In this document: piece by piece, positions 29,124 to 39,269 of the stretch | How positions within the stretch are numbered: the stretch's first letter is position 1 | Layout of the letters: every line of letters begins with the position of its first letter | Source: Promethearchaeota archaeon | GTDB taxonomy: Archaea; Asgardarchaeota; Lokiarchaeia; Sigyniarchaeales; SOKP01 | DNA length: 64,000 nucleotides | Direction: 5' to 3' | Assembly: GCA_011364975.1 (NCBI GenBank) | Contig: RDOE01000003.1 | Span: 4,200 to 68,199, forward strand | The notes under the pieces: generated by a model | What the model saw: only the letters and a program-made list of their open reading frames with translations | Database searches by the model: none | What the model was told of the DNA's origin: nothing | Made by a program: the position numbers and the translations under genes

Positions 29124-29597
29124 ATGAAAAATTTAGATGATAAAGATAAACGAATTTTAGAAATGCTTATAGAAGATTCAAGAAGAGCCTACAAAGAAAT
29201 AGCTGATCAATTATCTAATGAAGGTATGGCATTATCAGAGTCAACCGTTAGAAAGCGTGTAATCAAATTACAAGAGGATGGTGTAATCGAAAAGTTTACG
29301 ATTAAAGTTTGTAGGGAGGATGAAAGATGTATTATAGCATTTCTTACTTTAATCCCAAAGTCCGAATCGGAGATTAAAGAATTATTACGAGAAACCCAGA
29401 TTCTTCCACAATGTGATGAAGTTTATTTTCTTGCTGGACAATGTGGGATATTATTAAAAGTTCAAGTCCCAGAAATTACAGAATTAGATGCAGTTATTGA
29501 GAATTTCCGTGGACGAAGTGACGTAAAAAGCGTTGAAAGAGTATGTGTAGTTCTTAAATCATTAAAAGAATCTAAAGATAGTCGTGTACCTCTATAA
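29124..29597 (+). CDS. Lrp/AsnC-family transcriptional regulator
   Basis: LDDKDKRILEMLIEDSRRAYKEIADQL HTH plus a C-terminal ligand-binding domain. SD GGAG upstream. Directly downstream of metF. Confidence 0.8.
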   Translation: MKNLDDKDKRILEMLIEDSRRAYKEIADQLSNEGMALSESTVRKRVIKLQEDGVIEKFTIKVCREDERCIIAFLTLIPKSESEIKELLRETQILPQCDEVYFLAGQCGILLKVQVPEITELDAVIENFRGRSDVKSVERVCVVLKSLKESKDSRVPL

Positions 29598-29619
29598 CGT
29601 AATCTCTATTTAAGAGATA

Positions 29620-30642
29620 TTAGCTCTGATAATACAATTTTCCATCTTTTAAATGTTTCTGAACAATGCCTTTATCCTCAAGATATAATAAATGGCCTAC
29701 TACCTCACTAAGAGCCATATAAGAATTAATATCATCCATATCATTTCCAAAATGAATTCTAGCTATTTCAAAAGGTGTTTTCGGTGCGTTTTTTATTACT
29801 TCTGATATTTCTTTTAATCTTATTCTATGATGCTCCTTGATTTCTTGTATTCTTTCATGGGGATTATAAATTATTTCTTGGTGCGCGGGAAATATAATTT
29901 TTGGATTTAATCTATCTATTATATCCAAGGAATTAAGATATTGATCTAATACATTATTGAAGTTATACTCTTTATATTGTTCATATAAGAATTTCGGCAC
30001 GATAAAATTACCTATGTGAGGAGTAATTCGACTCAGAATATGATCTCCGGAAAATAAATACTTTCTACTGGTATCGAATATACAAATATGGCCAAAACTA
30101 TGTCCTGGAGTCCAAATTACTTCTAAGTTGTTTAATATCTTATCACCATTATGCACAATAATATCTGGCTTTTCAAATATTCTTAATTTTGGCCAGTAAG
30201 TAAAGTATTGTATGATTCTTTGTCGATCCTCTTCAGTAAGTCCATATCTTTTCATCTGATAAGACATCTCAATAGCTTGTTTTTCAATTTCCGGAAGTTT
30301 TGCTTTATCTGTTTCCCAACTTAAGACTTGCTGGGTAATATCGTGCATTATTATTTTAGTGTTTGGGCTTTTGCGCCTTAAAGTTTTAATCAATCCAATA
30401 TGATCTAAATGATGATGTGTAATAATACAGTAATCAATATCTTCCGCCTTAAATCCAAGGCTATGAAGTTCAGAAAAAAATAAATTAATCCAATTTGCAT
30501 TATTCAATCCGGCATCAATCAAAACATTCTTCCCTTCTACTTCAACTATATATAGTCTTGTGAATTTTACAGGAAAAGGGACATCGATTTTAATTTGGAA
30601 GATATCCTCAATCTGCGCTGATTCAGAGGTAATTTTTACCAT
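29620..30642 (-). CDS. MBL-fold metallo-hydrolase
   Basis: ITHHHLDHIG (HxHxDH), then TPGHSFGH and a later His. 340 aa with a C-terminal wHTH-like tail. Confidence 0.8.
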   Translation of the reverse strand: MVKITSESAQIEDIFQIKIDVPFPVKFTRLYIVEVEGKNVLIDAGLNNANWINLFFSELHSLGFKAEDIDYCIITHHHLDHIGLIKTLRRKSPNTKIIMHDITQQVLSWETDKAKLPEIEKQAIEMSYQMKRYGLTEEDRQRIIQYFTYWPKLRIFEKPDIIVHNGDKILNNLEVIWTPGHSFGHICIFDTSRKYLFSGDHILSRITPHIGNFIVPKFLYEQYKEYNFNNVLDQYLNSLDIIDRLNPKIIFPAHQEIIYNPHERIQEIKEHHRIRLKEISEVIKNAPKTPFEIARIHFGNDMDDINSYMALSEVVGHLLYLEDKGIVQKHLKDGKLYYQS

Positions 30643-30759
30643 AGTAATTTCCTTACTTAATCAAATATCCTTTATTAAGAAAAATGAGCTCTGTATATTT
30701 ATTTTATGGTTATTAACCAATATTCTAATTGATATTATCAATACAACCAAAATAGTCTC

Positions 30760-31947
30760 TTATTGGGGATAAATACCTTCTTCTTCACGGGTTGAAACCA
30801 TTGCTAGGAAATTCTCCAATTTAACTGATGGATTGATGCTATGCCCAGAACTAAATATATATCCACCCCCAGGTCCTAAAGCTCTTATTAGCTTCTTAGA
30901 ATATTCTTTGATAAAAATGGGTTCTTTATCTGCTAAATCTTGAGGAGAAACGTTTCCGATAAAAGTTACATCATTTCCATATCGTTCATGCAATTTAAAA
31001 ATATCATATTTTGGGTTAGCTGTTGTGGGTTCAATAGGATGAATTGCATCAAACCCTACTTTTACTAAATCACCAAAAATAGGTTCTAAATCTCCGCAGC
31101 TGTGAAATAGGACATTAATACCTTTAGAATGACAATAATTGCAAAGTTTTTCGTACCAAGGAAACAAGATCTCCTTATAGTTATTAGGATTTGTTAGTAA
31201 TCCTGATTTAAAGCCAAGGTCATCAAATAACATAATTGCTGTTGATTCGCCCCATTCAATCAATCTTTTAGCTAATTCTAGTGCGAAATTTCCATATTTA
31301 TCGATGACCTTTTTTGCGAATTTTTTTCCAATTAATAATTTGCTAAACTGAGTAAACCCAAATGCTTGCCATGATGATTCAAAAATGCCCCATATAGTTG
31401 GTATAACCGCGATATTTCCTTCAAATTCCTTTTCTACCTTTTTCATCATGTCATAAATACGTTTTCTTCTTGGGTTGTCGGGATCGAGCAAAGAAAATTT
31501 CTCAAAATCTTCGAAACTTTTAAAATAACCATCTTTGTAATATGCTATGTCCATATTATCTGATGGATTTTTTTTCAAATCGAAAATCCTACCATATTCA
31601 TCAATAAATCCCTCCTTCATACAGAAAGTTGGAAAGAAGATATAGCCAGATAAAGGAATTTGAGCCAAATCAATTCCTATCTTAGAAAAAAGACCAAGAT
31701 ATTGTTTTATGGTGTTTTTTAGATATGATCGGGATTCAGTAGCAGCTAATATGGTGTTAGTGAACTCATCAATTATTCCCCTACAAAGGTTATACGTATC
31801 TGCAAAACTCTTTGCCATACCTTGTAAATAGTAACCTTCAGAATAATGATCACAGATTTTTAAATTATCTATGGATAATTCGAACCAGGGAATCTTATCC
31901 GGTTCTTCATGATCTAGTTCTCTTAAAACTCTATCCCTAGCTTTCAT
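30760..31947 (-). CDS. uroporphyrinogen decarboxylase (URO-D) family protein, methyltransferase-like
   Basis: N-terminal RELDHEEPDKIPWFE. LFHSCGDLEPIFGDLVKVGFDAIHPIEP, typical of the URO-D/MtaA fold. Confidence 0.7.
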   Translation of the reverse strand: MKARDRVLRELDHEEPDKIPWFELSIDNLKICDHYSEGYYLQGMAKSFADTYNLCRGIIDEFTNTILAATESRSYLKNTIKQYLGLFSKIGIDLAQIPLSGYIFFPTFCMKEGFIDEYGRIFDLKKNPSDNMDIAYYKDGYFKSFEDFEKFSLLDPDNPRRKRIYDMMKKVEKEFEGNIAVIPTIWGIFESSWQAFGFTQFSKLLIGKKFAKKVIDKYGNFALELAKRLIEWGESTAIMLFDDLGFKSGLLTNPNNYKEILFPWYEKLCNYCHSKGINVLFHSCGDLEPIFGDLVKVGFDAIHPIEPTTANPKYDIFKLHERYGNDVTFIGNVSPQDLADKEPIFIKEYSKKLIRALGPGGGYIFSSGHSINPSVKLENFLAMVSTREEEGIYPQ

Positions 31948-32041
31948 ACTTTTATTTATTATATATCGTTATTAAACTTAATTTTGCCTAAAAATCGCTC
32001 TAAAAAGAATCAATATCTTAAAAATAAAAAAAAAGATTTTT

Positions 32042-32752
32042 TTAATCTTTTAATCCATAATACATAAGCCAAAAACTGCTTAAATACCCGATCCTTACAA
32101 AAATTATTGTAAATCCTGGTATTGTTAATCCTTCTAATAGTCCAAAAACGCAAAAGCATAGAGATCCCATAGAAATGAGGAAAAACTTTTTTTTTAGGAT
32201 ACCAGTTGATTGAAAAGCCTTTATTAAAAATCCAGTACTAAGGAGAACGATAACAGTTAATAAAAAGAATGCCATCAACATACCTGCTAAAGAAAATATA
32301 TTAAGATTGTAATCAATTAATCCCTCTCCCAACACTGCTGGGTAAGCAAAATTAAAAGAATCAAAAGGAGTTGTAATTACTATAATTTCGAAAACAATGC
32401 CAAGTATAATAAATAGAGAGACAACATACCATTTTGCTTTAGGAATTAATAATTTTTCTCCTATAAAAATTGCTGTTATAACCGCTAGAGGAAGCCAGAT
32501 ATAACTTAAAATACCCACCAATCCAAATGTATTATCTAAATTAGTGTGTATAAAAATTACAAGAAGGAAATCTAAAAATACTCCTAGAAAAGCTAATCCC
32601 GCAAATAAATTGGCTAAACCCAAGTAAAATAAGATATTGGCTTTTGTTTTTCTTGATTTATAAATAAAGAACAATCCAAAAATTATTCCAAAAATAACTA
32701 CTCCCGATGCTGTTATTCCATCAATCCAAAAGAAAATGTCAACCATATTCAC
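32042..32752 (-). CDS. 7-TM integral membrane protein, function unknown
   Basis: Seven hydrophobic segments across 236 aa. Confidence 0.55.
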   Translation of the reverse strand: MNMVDIFFWIDGITASGVVIFGIIFGLFFIYKSRKTKANILFYLGLANLFAGLAFLGVFLDFLLVIFIHTNLDNTFGLVGILSYIWLPLAVITAIFIGEKLLIPKAKWYVVSLFIILGIVFEIIVITTPFDSFNFAYPAVLGEGLIDYNLNIFSLAGMLMAFFLLTVIVLLSTGFLIKAFQSTGILKKKFFLISMGSLCFCVFGLLEGLTIPGFTIIFVRIGYLSSFWLMYYGLKD

Positions 32753-32876
32753 TCACAATAATTTTTCAATTTTTAAATTATTATAAAAAGCTAAATTTCA
32801 TTCTTAGAATAATTATGCAAGAACTTTTTTATAAATTCTATTGAAAAAAATTGTTAATCGAAAAGATTTTGAAATC

Positions 32877-33188
32877 TCAAAAGGCAGATTTGGGTTTATC
32901 TTTCTTCTTTTCCTGGTTTTTATCTTTTTCAAAAAATAAAGACTTTTTCATGTCAAATTCCAAATCTCTTAATTTTTTTTTTATTTCAATAGGATTATAA
33001 TCATGTTTTAAAAGATCGATAATTGTTTCTCGCAAATTCTCTAAATTATCTACTGCACATTGATAAAAAATGTTACTCTCATCCATGCTCATGTTTAATA
33101 TTTCATATATTCCTGTTAGAGCGTCTCGAATTTTTTCATAATATTCCCAAGCTTTTTCTACATCTGATGGATGATCTTCATCTGACAT
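32877..33188 (-). CDS. hypothetical acidic/basic helical protein
   Basis: 103-aa ORF with no motif. 39 nt downstream of the next ORF on the same strand. Confidence 0.4.
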   Translation of the reverse strand: MSDEDHPSDVEKAWEYYEKIRDALTGIYEILNMSMDESNIFYQCAVDNLENLRETIIDLLKHDYNPIEIKKKLRDLEFDMKKSLFFEKDKNQEKKKDKPKSAF

Positions 33189-33227
33189 AATAAATAAAAT
33201 AAGGTAAATAAAAAAAAGAAGTTTACT

Positions 33228-33566
33228 TTATAACACAGCTTTTATTTTCTTGGAAAGCTCTTTTGCTTCTGAATCAGAAGATTCAAGAAGTTTGAATGTT
33301 GCTTCTGCATTTACTTTAAGTGCACCATGTAATAACTTTTGAAGTCCAATTCTGGTAGATATTCTTTCATTTTTTTGTAAGTGAAAAATAACCATTCCTA
33401 ATTCGTTTTTCAGAGCTCCTTCAGCGGAGTTTAAACAAATATTCAATAAGGCAGGACATACTTCCTCAATGGTATCCATACTTACATGATTTGCTAAAGT
33501 ATAAATATCTTTTAATTTCTCATCAGAGAGCTGAGCAACTTTTTCCTGAAGTTTTAACATCGACAT
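33228..33566 (-). CDS. hypothetical helical protein
   Basis: 112-aa ORF with no motif. Confidence 0.4.
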   Translation of the reverse strand: MSMLKLQEKVAQLSDEKLKDIYTLANHVSMDTIEEVCPALLNICLNSAEGALKNELGMVIFHLQKNERISTRIGLQKLLHGALKVNAEATFKLLESSDSEAKELSKKIKAVL

Positions 33567-34219
33567 TTTTTTATCACATTTTTTAATTTTTATGACTAAA
33601 TAATGTAAGAATAATCTAATATTTAAATGTTTTCGGCTAAAATTCTTCGTACTTTTTACGAGATCGGGAAAAATTTATAAAAAATTACTTTTTTTGAATA
33701 CTGTTTGACAGAAATCGGAATTATTATTCTTTTTAGGAAAGCTTTCCCATTTTTACTATTTTACAAAATATTATTATTCTAAAGAAAGCCTTTTTCTGGC
33801 ATTAACCTAACCTATTTCGGAATACAATCCAGAATTCACGAACGAATCAGTCATATATATCACAAAAAAAGTTATGAAAAAATGATCACAACTGAATAAT
33901 TTGGTGCTTAAAATTATATAAATAATGCAAACATTTTTTATAGGCAATTAAAATTGAACAAATTATGTACTAAAGTATAAACTAAATAAAAACGTGATTT
34001 AAAGGGATAATCATATAAGATAATAAAAAAGAAATCGATAATTTTTTTCATTTTTGATGATATAAAGTATATAAATTTAGGTTTTAAGAAAGAATTGAAA
34101 AATATTTATTTATGAATACAAAAATTTACTAACTATTCACTGTAAATATCAATTTTTCTTTTTATATTATTAAAATTCTCTAATAAATCTATTTATAAAA
34201 TCTTAAATTCCAATGTATT

Positions 34220-35716
34220 ATGAAAGAATATAGTATCTCTCAAATACAAGAATTAATGCATAAACATAAAATTTCAGGTAAGCAATTAGTACAACAATTT
34301 CTGGACAGAATTAATACAATTGATAAAAGTGGACCTAATCTAAATTCAGTTATTGAACTTAATCCCGATGCTTTAATTATTGCTGAAAATCTTGATAAGG
34401 AGAGAGAAAAAAACCAAATACGTAGCCCATTACACGGTATTCCTATTTTAATAAAGGATAATATCAATACCGCCGATAAAATGATGACGACAGCTGGTTC
34501 AATGGCTCTTCAAGGACATATTGCCACGGAAGATGCATTTATAGTTAAAAAGCTTCGAACTGCCGGTGCTGTTATTTTAGGTAAAACTAACTTAAGTGAA
34601 TGGGCAAATTTTCGTTCTATACGATCAACTTCAGGATGGTGTTCCCGAGGGGGTCAAACAAAGAATCCTTATTGCCTTAATCGTAGTCCTTGCGGTTCAA
34701 GTTCTGGCTCTGCTGTAGCAGTCGCTGCTAATCTCTGTACGGCCGCAATTGGTACTGAAACTGATGGATCTATTATATGTCCATCACAAGTAAATTCTAT
34801 CGTAGGTATTAAACCTACAGTAGGCCTTATAAGTCGTACTGGGATAATTCCTATTTCCCATAATCAGGACACTGCGGGACCTATGGCGAGAACTGTTACT
34901 GATGCCGCAATACTCCTAACAATCCTGATTGGGGAAGACCATCAAGATTCAAAAACAATTAAATTAACCAATAAATTGCCTAAAGATTATATGGAATTTT
35001 TAGATATAGATGGGTTAAAAGGGACAAGAATAGGCGTTGCAAGAAACTATTTTGGAAAAAATAATCTCGTAGATCAGATAATGGAAAAATCAATAGAAGT
35101 AATGCAATCCCAAGGTGCTATTATAATTGATCCTACGGACATTACGACCTTGAATGGTATAGAAGAGCCAGAAATTCAAGTTCTTCATTTTGACTTTAAG
35201 CATGATATTAATGAGTATCTGGGTAAAATAAAATCAAAAGGATATCCTAAAAATCTAAAAGAACTCATTCAATTTAATAATGAACATAAGAATGAAGTGA
35301 TGCCTTATTTTGGTCAAGAATTACTTTTAGAAGCTGAACAAAAAGGCTCATTAGATTGTGAGGAATATAAAACTGCCCTTGAATTATGTCATCGTTATTC
35401 AAGAAAAGAAGGCATTGATGCCGTACTAAACGAGTATCAACTCGATGCCATTATTGCACCAAGTGGTGGACCAAGTTGGTTAATTGATTATATTAACGGT
35501 GATCATTTCACTGGAGGGAGTTCCTCAATAGCTGCAGTTGCTGGGTATCCAAATATAACCGTTCCTGCAGGATATGTTTTTGGACTTCCTATCGGAATCT
35601 CTTTTTTTGGAGGCCAGTTTCAAGAACCAAAGCTTTTGAAAATAGCTTATGCTTTTGAACAAGTTACAAATATCCGGAAACCCCCTAAATTCTTAAACGC
35701 GATTGAATTTAATTAA
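34220..35716 (+). CDS. amidase (amidase-signature family)
   Basis: LIKDNINT (catalytic Lys region). GGQTKNPY...CGSSSGSAVAVAA...GTETDGSIICPS (AS signature with the Ser-cisSer-Lys triad). Confidence 0.88.
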   Translation: MKEYSISQIQELMHKHKISGKQLVQQFLDRINTIDKSGPNLNSVIELNPDALIIAENLDKEREKNQIRSPLHGIPILIKDNINTADKMMTTAGSMALQGHIATEDAFIVKKLRTAGAVILGKTNLSEWANFRSIRSTSGWCSRGGQTKNPYCLNRSPCGSSSGSAVAVAANLCTAAIGTETDGSIICPSQVNSIVGIKPTVGLISRTGIIPISHNQDTAGPMARTVTDAAILLTILIGEDHQDSKTIKLTNKLPKDYMEFLDIDGLKGTRIGVARNYFGKNNLVDQIMEKSIEVMQSQGAIIIDPTDITTLNGIEEPEIQVLHFDFKHDINEYLGKIKSKGYPKNLKELIQFNNEHKNEVMPYFGQELLLEAEQKGSLDCEEYKTALELCHRYSRKEGIDAVLNEYQLDAIIAPSGGPSWLIDYINGDHFTGGSSSIAAVAGYPNITVPAGYVFGLPIGISFFGGQFQEPKLLKIAYAFEQVTNIRKPPKFLNAIEFN

Positions 35717-35813
35717 ATGTTGATATTATTAAAATATCTAAGCTAATCGCATTTTTATTATAAACTTACTAGTTTTTCAAAAGTTTAATAGAGCTCATTA
35801 TATTAATGTAAAT

Positions 35814-36923
35814 ATGAGTCATATGGAATATGATAATCTTGCAGAATTAGTCGTTAAATACTCTGTTAAAGTTGAAAAAGGAGATAGAGTTCTATTAGAG
35901 GGTCCAACATTAGCTAAAGAACTTATCCAAGCACTATATGTACAAATTCTCAAAGCTGGAGGGCATCCATTAGTAAACTTAGAATTTGAAGGACGTCAAG
36001 AGTTATTTTTTAAATTTGCCTCTATTGAACAATTGGAATATATTGATGAAGTTCGTCAAAAAATGATAGAAGAATTTAATTGTTTTATAAGAATTAATGC
36101 TGATTATAATCCTAAAAAGCTATCTCTTGTAGATACAAAATTATTAACACTTTTTGGTACTGCTCCAGCCCGTAGAAAACTAAACGAAACATATATTAAT
36201 CGTATAGCAAATGGTGATTTAAGATGGGTTTATGTTCCATATCCTTGCCAATCCTATGCCCAAGAAGCTTCTATGGATTTATTCTCCTATACTGAATTTG
36301 TAAAAGAGACTTTATTTCTTGATCGAGAAAATCCTATAGAAGAATGGCAAACCCTAGAAAAGAATCAAGAAAAAATTGTAAATTATCTTCAAAATTGTGA
36401 ATCTTTTCATATTATCGGAGAGGATACCAGTTTAGAACTAAAAATAAAAGGTAGAATTTGGAAGAATTCTTGTGGCCATGAAAATTTACCAGATGGTGAG
36501 ATTTTTACTTCTCCATTAGATAATTCTGTCAATGGACAAATAAGATTTTCATATCCTGGAATTTATTCTGGGAAAGAAATTGAAAATATTTTTCTGAAAT
36601 TTAACGATGGAAAAGTAATTCAAGCCACTGCAGACAAAGGAAATGATTTTCTCCATGAAATTTTAGAAATTGAAAATGCCAATGTTCTAGGGGAGTTTGC
36701 ATTTGGTACAAATTATGGAATAACTAGGTTTACAAAAAATATGGCCTTTGATGAGAAAATGGGGGGTACAATCCATTGTGCTTTAGGATTAGCTTTTCCA
36801 GAATGTGGGGGTACAAACAAAAGCGCTATTCATTGGGATCTCCTTAAAGATATGAAACCTTCAGGATCGAAAGTTATTGCTGACGGGAAAGTAATCTATG
36901 AGGAAGGGAAATTTCTAATTTAA
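35814..36923 (+). CDS. aminopeptidase, M29 (AmpS/PepS) family
   Basis: YDNLAELVVKYSVKVEKGDRVLLEG N-terminus. PDGEIFTSP. GEFAFGTN...IHWDLL C-terminal metal-site region. Confidence 0.75.
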   Translation: MSHMEYDNLAELVVKYSVKVEKGDRVLLEGPTLAKELIQALYVQILKAGGHPLVNLEFEGRQELFFKFASIEQLEYIDEVRQKMIEEFNCFIRINADYNPKKLSLVDTKLLTLFGTAPARRKLNETYINRIANGDLRWVYVPYPCQSYAQEASMDLFSYTEFVKETLFLDRENPIEEWQTLEKNQEKIVNYLQNCESFHIIGEDTSLELKIKGRIWKNSCGHENLPDGEIFTSPLDNSVNGQIRFSYPGIYSGKEIENIFLKFNDGKVIQATADKGNDFLHEILEIENANVLGEFAFGTNYGITRFTKNMAFDEKMGGTIHCALGLAFPECGGTNKSAIHWDLLKDMKPSGSKVIADGKVIYEEGKFLI

Positions 36924-37535
36924 AAAGAGGAATTCAAGAGAAATCTTAAAACAACCCTTTAAAAAATCAAAAAAAACAAAAATACTCGAGTAGTAGAAGT
37001 TACAAAAGATTTAAAAGCATCTCCTATAAAATTCTCCTCCATTGGATTTCTACTTGGTGGCCTTGCGGTACTCTTGGCAAACATCATTCCAAATATTCTC
37101 AATATTTAATTTTTTAAATTTTTTCGTTTTACTTCATCTGATTTTTTTAAATTACACTTTAGTTACAGAATTATTTTTCATGGGTGATTATTAGTAGATT
37201 AATAATATTAAAAATGCTTAAAAAAGAACTCTTTGAGCTTTCTTTTTCTATTGAAATTGAAGAATTTCCAATTTTCAAGTTTTTTTCTTTTTTTTACATA
37301 AAGTTATAGATAAATTCGTGTGAAAAATCCTTTAATTTAATCATAAAAATCCATAAAATAGATCATAAATATCTATTACGATCATTTAGATTTTGAATTA
37401 TCCAAAATCAATTGCCCTTTTCAAATGGTAGATAATTTTTTTTATCAAAATTTTGTTTATGATAATAAATAATAATAAATACTTTCATTAATTTTTTTTT
37501 CATAATACTATTAAAAAAAAATTGAGGATATTAAA

Positions 37536-38201
37536 ATGACCATTATAACAACAAAAAAACCTTTTGAGGAGGTTTTAGGAGCCATCAAGAATGCAAAGAG
37601 ATTAACGATCGTATCTTGTGGATCCTGTGCAGCGATGTGTCAAACCGGAGGAACAGAAGGAGCGAAAGAGATGGCTGATAAGCTTGAGAAAGAGGGTTTT
37701 CAAATCACTACAGTTATTGTTCCAGAGGAAGTATGCGATAATCGTGTTATGAAGCAAGATTTCCGTAAAATTGAAGAAGATCTAGAAAATACCGACGCTA
37801 TCTTAACTTTAAGTTGTGGTCTTGGCGTAGCTAGCATAACAGAAGTGCTAAGTAAAAAGTTTCCGAATATTCCAGTATTTATTGGCACCAACACGGAGTT
37901 TATGGGCATGACGGAGCGCATCGGAAGATTTTTTATGCGTTGTCGAGGGTGTGGTGATTGTCTTCTCAATGAAACTGGAGGAATTTGTCCTATTACAACT
38001 TGTGCGAAATCTCTCATGAATGGGCCCTGCGGTGGTATGGTAGATGGAAAATGTGAGGTTGGAAAGTACGAAAAAGATTGTGGCTGGATTTTAATTTATA
38101 ATCGATTGAAAGAATTAGGCCGATTAGATTTTTTCGAAAAATTAAGAGACCCAGTTGATTGGAGCGAATCTGGGCATCAAAGAGAAGTAGTATGGAGGTA
38201 G
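37536..38201 (+). CDS. metV: MetV paralogue (MTHFR small Cys-rich subunit), second copy
   Basis: CRGCGDCLLNETGGICPITTCAKSLMNGPCGGMVDGKCEV. Collinear with the product of 27372..28070. Confidence 0.8.
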   Translation: MTIITTKKPFEEVLGAIKNAKRLTIVSCGSCAAMCQTGGTEGAKEMADKLEKEGFQITTVIVPEEVCDNRVMKQDFRKIEEDLENTDAILTLSCGLGVASITEVLSKKFPNIPVFIGTNTEFMGMTERIGRFFMRCRGCGDCLLNETGGICPITTCAKSLMNGPCGGMVDGKCEVGKYEKDCGWILIYNRLKELGRLDFFEKLRDPVDWSESGHQREVVWR

Positions 38202-38209
38202 ATAAAAAA

Positions 38210-39148
38210 ATGGGAGAAAAAAAGTTTTTTTCTAAGTTGGGAGAAGCTTTATCTAAAGGAGACTTTATTCTCACTGGTGAATTAGAACCAGAAAAAACTA
38301 CTGATCTTAGCCATACAGTCGAAGAAGCTAGAGAAATGGCTCCTTATGTTGTTGCCGCTAATGTTACTGACAGCCCCTTAGGAATTGTGACTATAAATAG
38401 TATGGCTGCATCTCATATTATTCAGAGTGAAACTGGGCTAGAATGCATCTGGCAATTGACTGTTAGAGATGTAAATAAGTTAGGAATTGTGGGCATGCTT
38501 ATGGGGGGTCATGCGTTAGGATTGAGAAACATTCTTTCTCTTACTGGGGATCATACAGCGTTAGGTGATATGCCTGAATCCAAACCAGTATTTGATCTCG
38601 ATTCAGCCACCTTAGTTAAGCTCGTACGAGAGGTGGTTGATAAAGGAACAATTAACGGTCATGAGATAGAGCATCCTCCCACCATTCATGTGGGGGCTGC
38701 TGCGAATCCCAATGCTAATCCAATGGATGCAGAGGTATTAAAAATAAAAAGAAAGGCACAAGCAGGAGCTGAATTTTTACAAACTCAAGTGGTATATGAC
38801 CTAGATAAAACTATCGAATTTTTATCCGCAATAAAAAAGTATAATGTTCCTATTTTACTTGGAATCTTCCCAATGAAAAGCTATGCAATTGCCAAAGGTT
38901 TTGATGAGTTTGTCCCCGGTGTAAGTGTCCCAAAAGATATATTAGCTCGATGGAAGGGTATTAAAAACGATTACTCTACTGACAAGAAAATGATGAATGA
39001 AGTTTATGACCAAGCAAATTATGAATTTTTCAAACCATTTATTACGGAGCTAAGAAAGAAAAAACTTCTCGATGGAATCCATTGTATGGCGGTTCATTAC
39101 CCTAGAATCTTTCCCAAGTTGACGGAAGTAATCAAAAATACTAATTAA
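38210..39148 (+). CDS. metF: methylenetetrahydrofolate reductase catalytic subunit, second copy
   Basis: FILTGELEPEK, AANVTDSP, LSLTGDH and FLQTQ. ATG at 38210, 8 nt after the metV2 stop. Confidence 0.85.
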   Translation: MGEKKFFSKLGEALSKGDFILTGELEPEKTTDLSHTVEEAREMAPYVVAANVTDSPLGIVTINSMAASHIIQSETGLECIWQLTVRDVNKLGIVGMLMGGHALGLRNILSLTGDHTALGDMPESKPVFDLDSATLVKLVREVVDKGTINGHEIEHPPTIHVGAAANPNANPMDAEVLKIKRKAQAGAEFLQTQVVYDLDKTIEFLSAIKKYNVPILLGIFPMKSYAIAKGFDEFVPGVSVPKDILARWKGIKNDYSTDKKMMNEVYDQANYEFFKPFITELRKKKLLDGIHCMAVHYPRIFPKLTEVIKNTN

Positions 39149-39269
39149 CCAAAATTATAATATACTAAACTTAGTTTTGGTTAACTTAATCTCTTTTTTT
39201 ATATTTTATAATAATATTATTTAAATCAACCTGCAAGATTGATATTTTAAATAAAAATTTAAATATTTA

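Noticed and set aside
32042-32752. 7-TM protein considered as a microbial or schizorhodopsin-type rhodopsin
   Set aside because: The seventh helix has no lysine (FTIIFVRIGYLSSFWLMYYGL) to form the retinal Schiff base, and no rhodopsin-like TM3 motif is present.
36963-37109. Stop-free 48-codon frame ending in a hydrophobic segment (FSSIGFLLGGLAVLLANIIPNILNI), downstream of the M29 peptidase gene
   Set aside because: It has no ATG/GTG/TTG and, unlike the three ATA/ATT cases, no SD-like element upstream. It has no recognisable domain and is too short to support.
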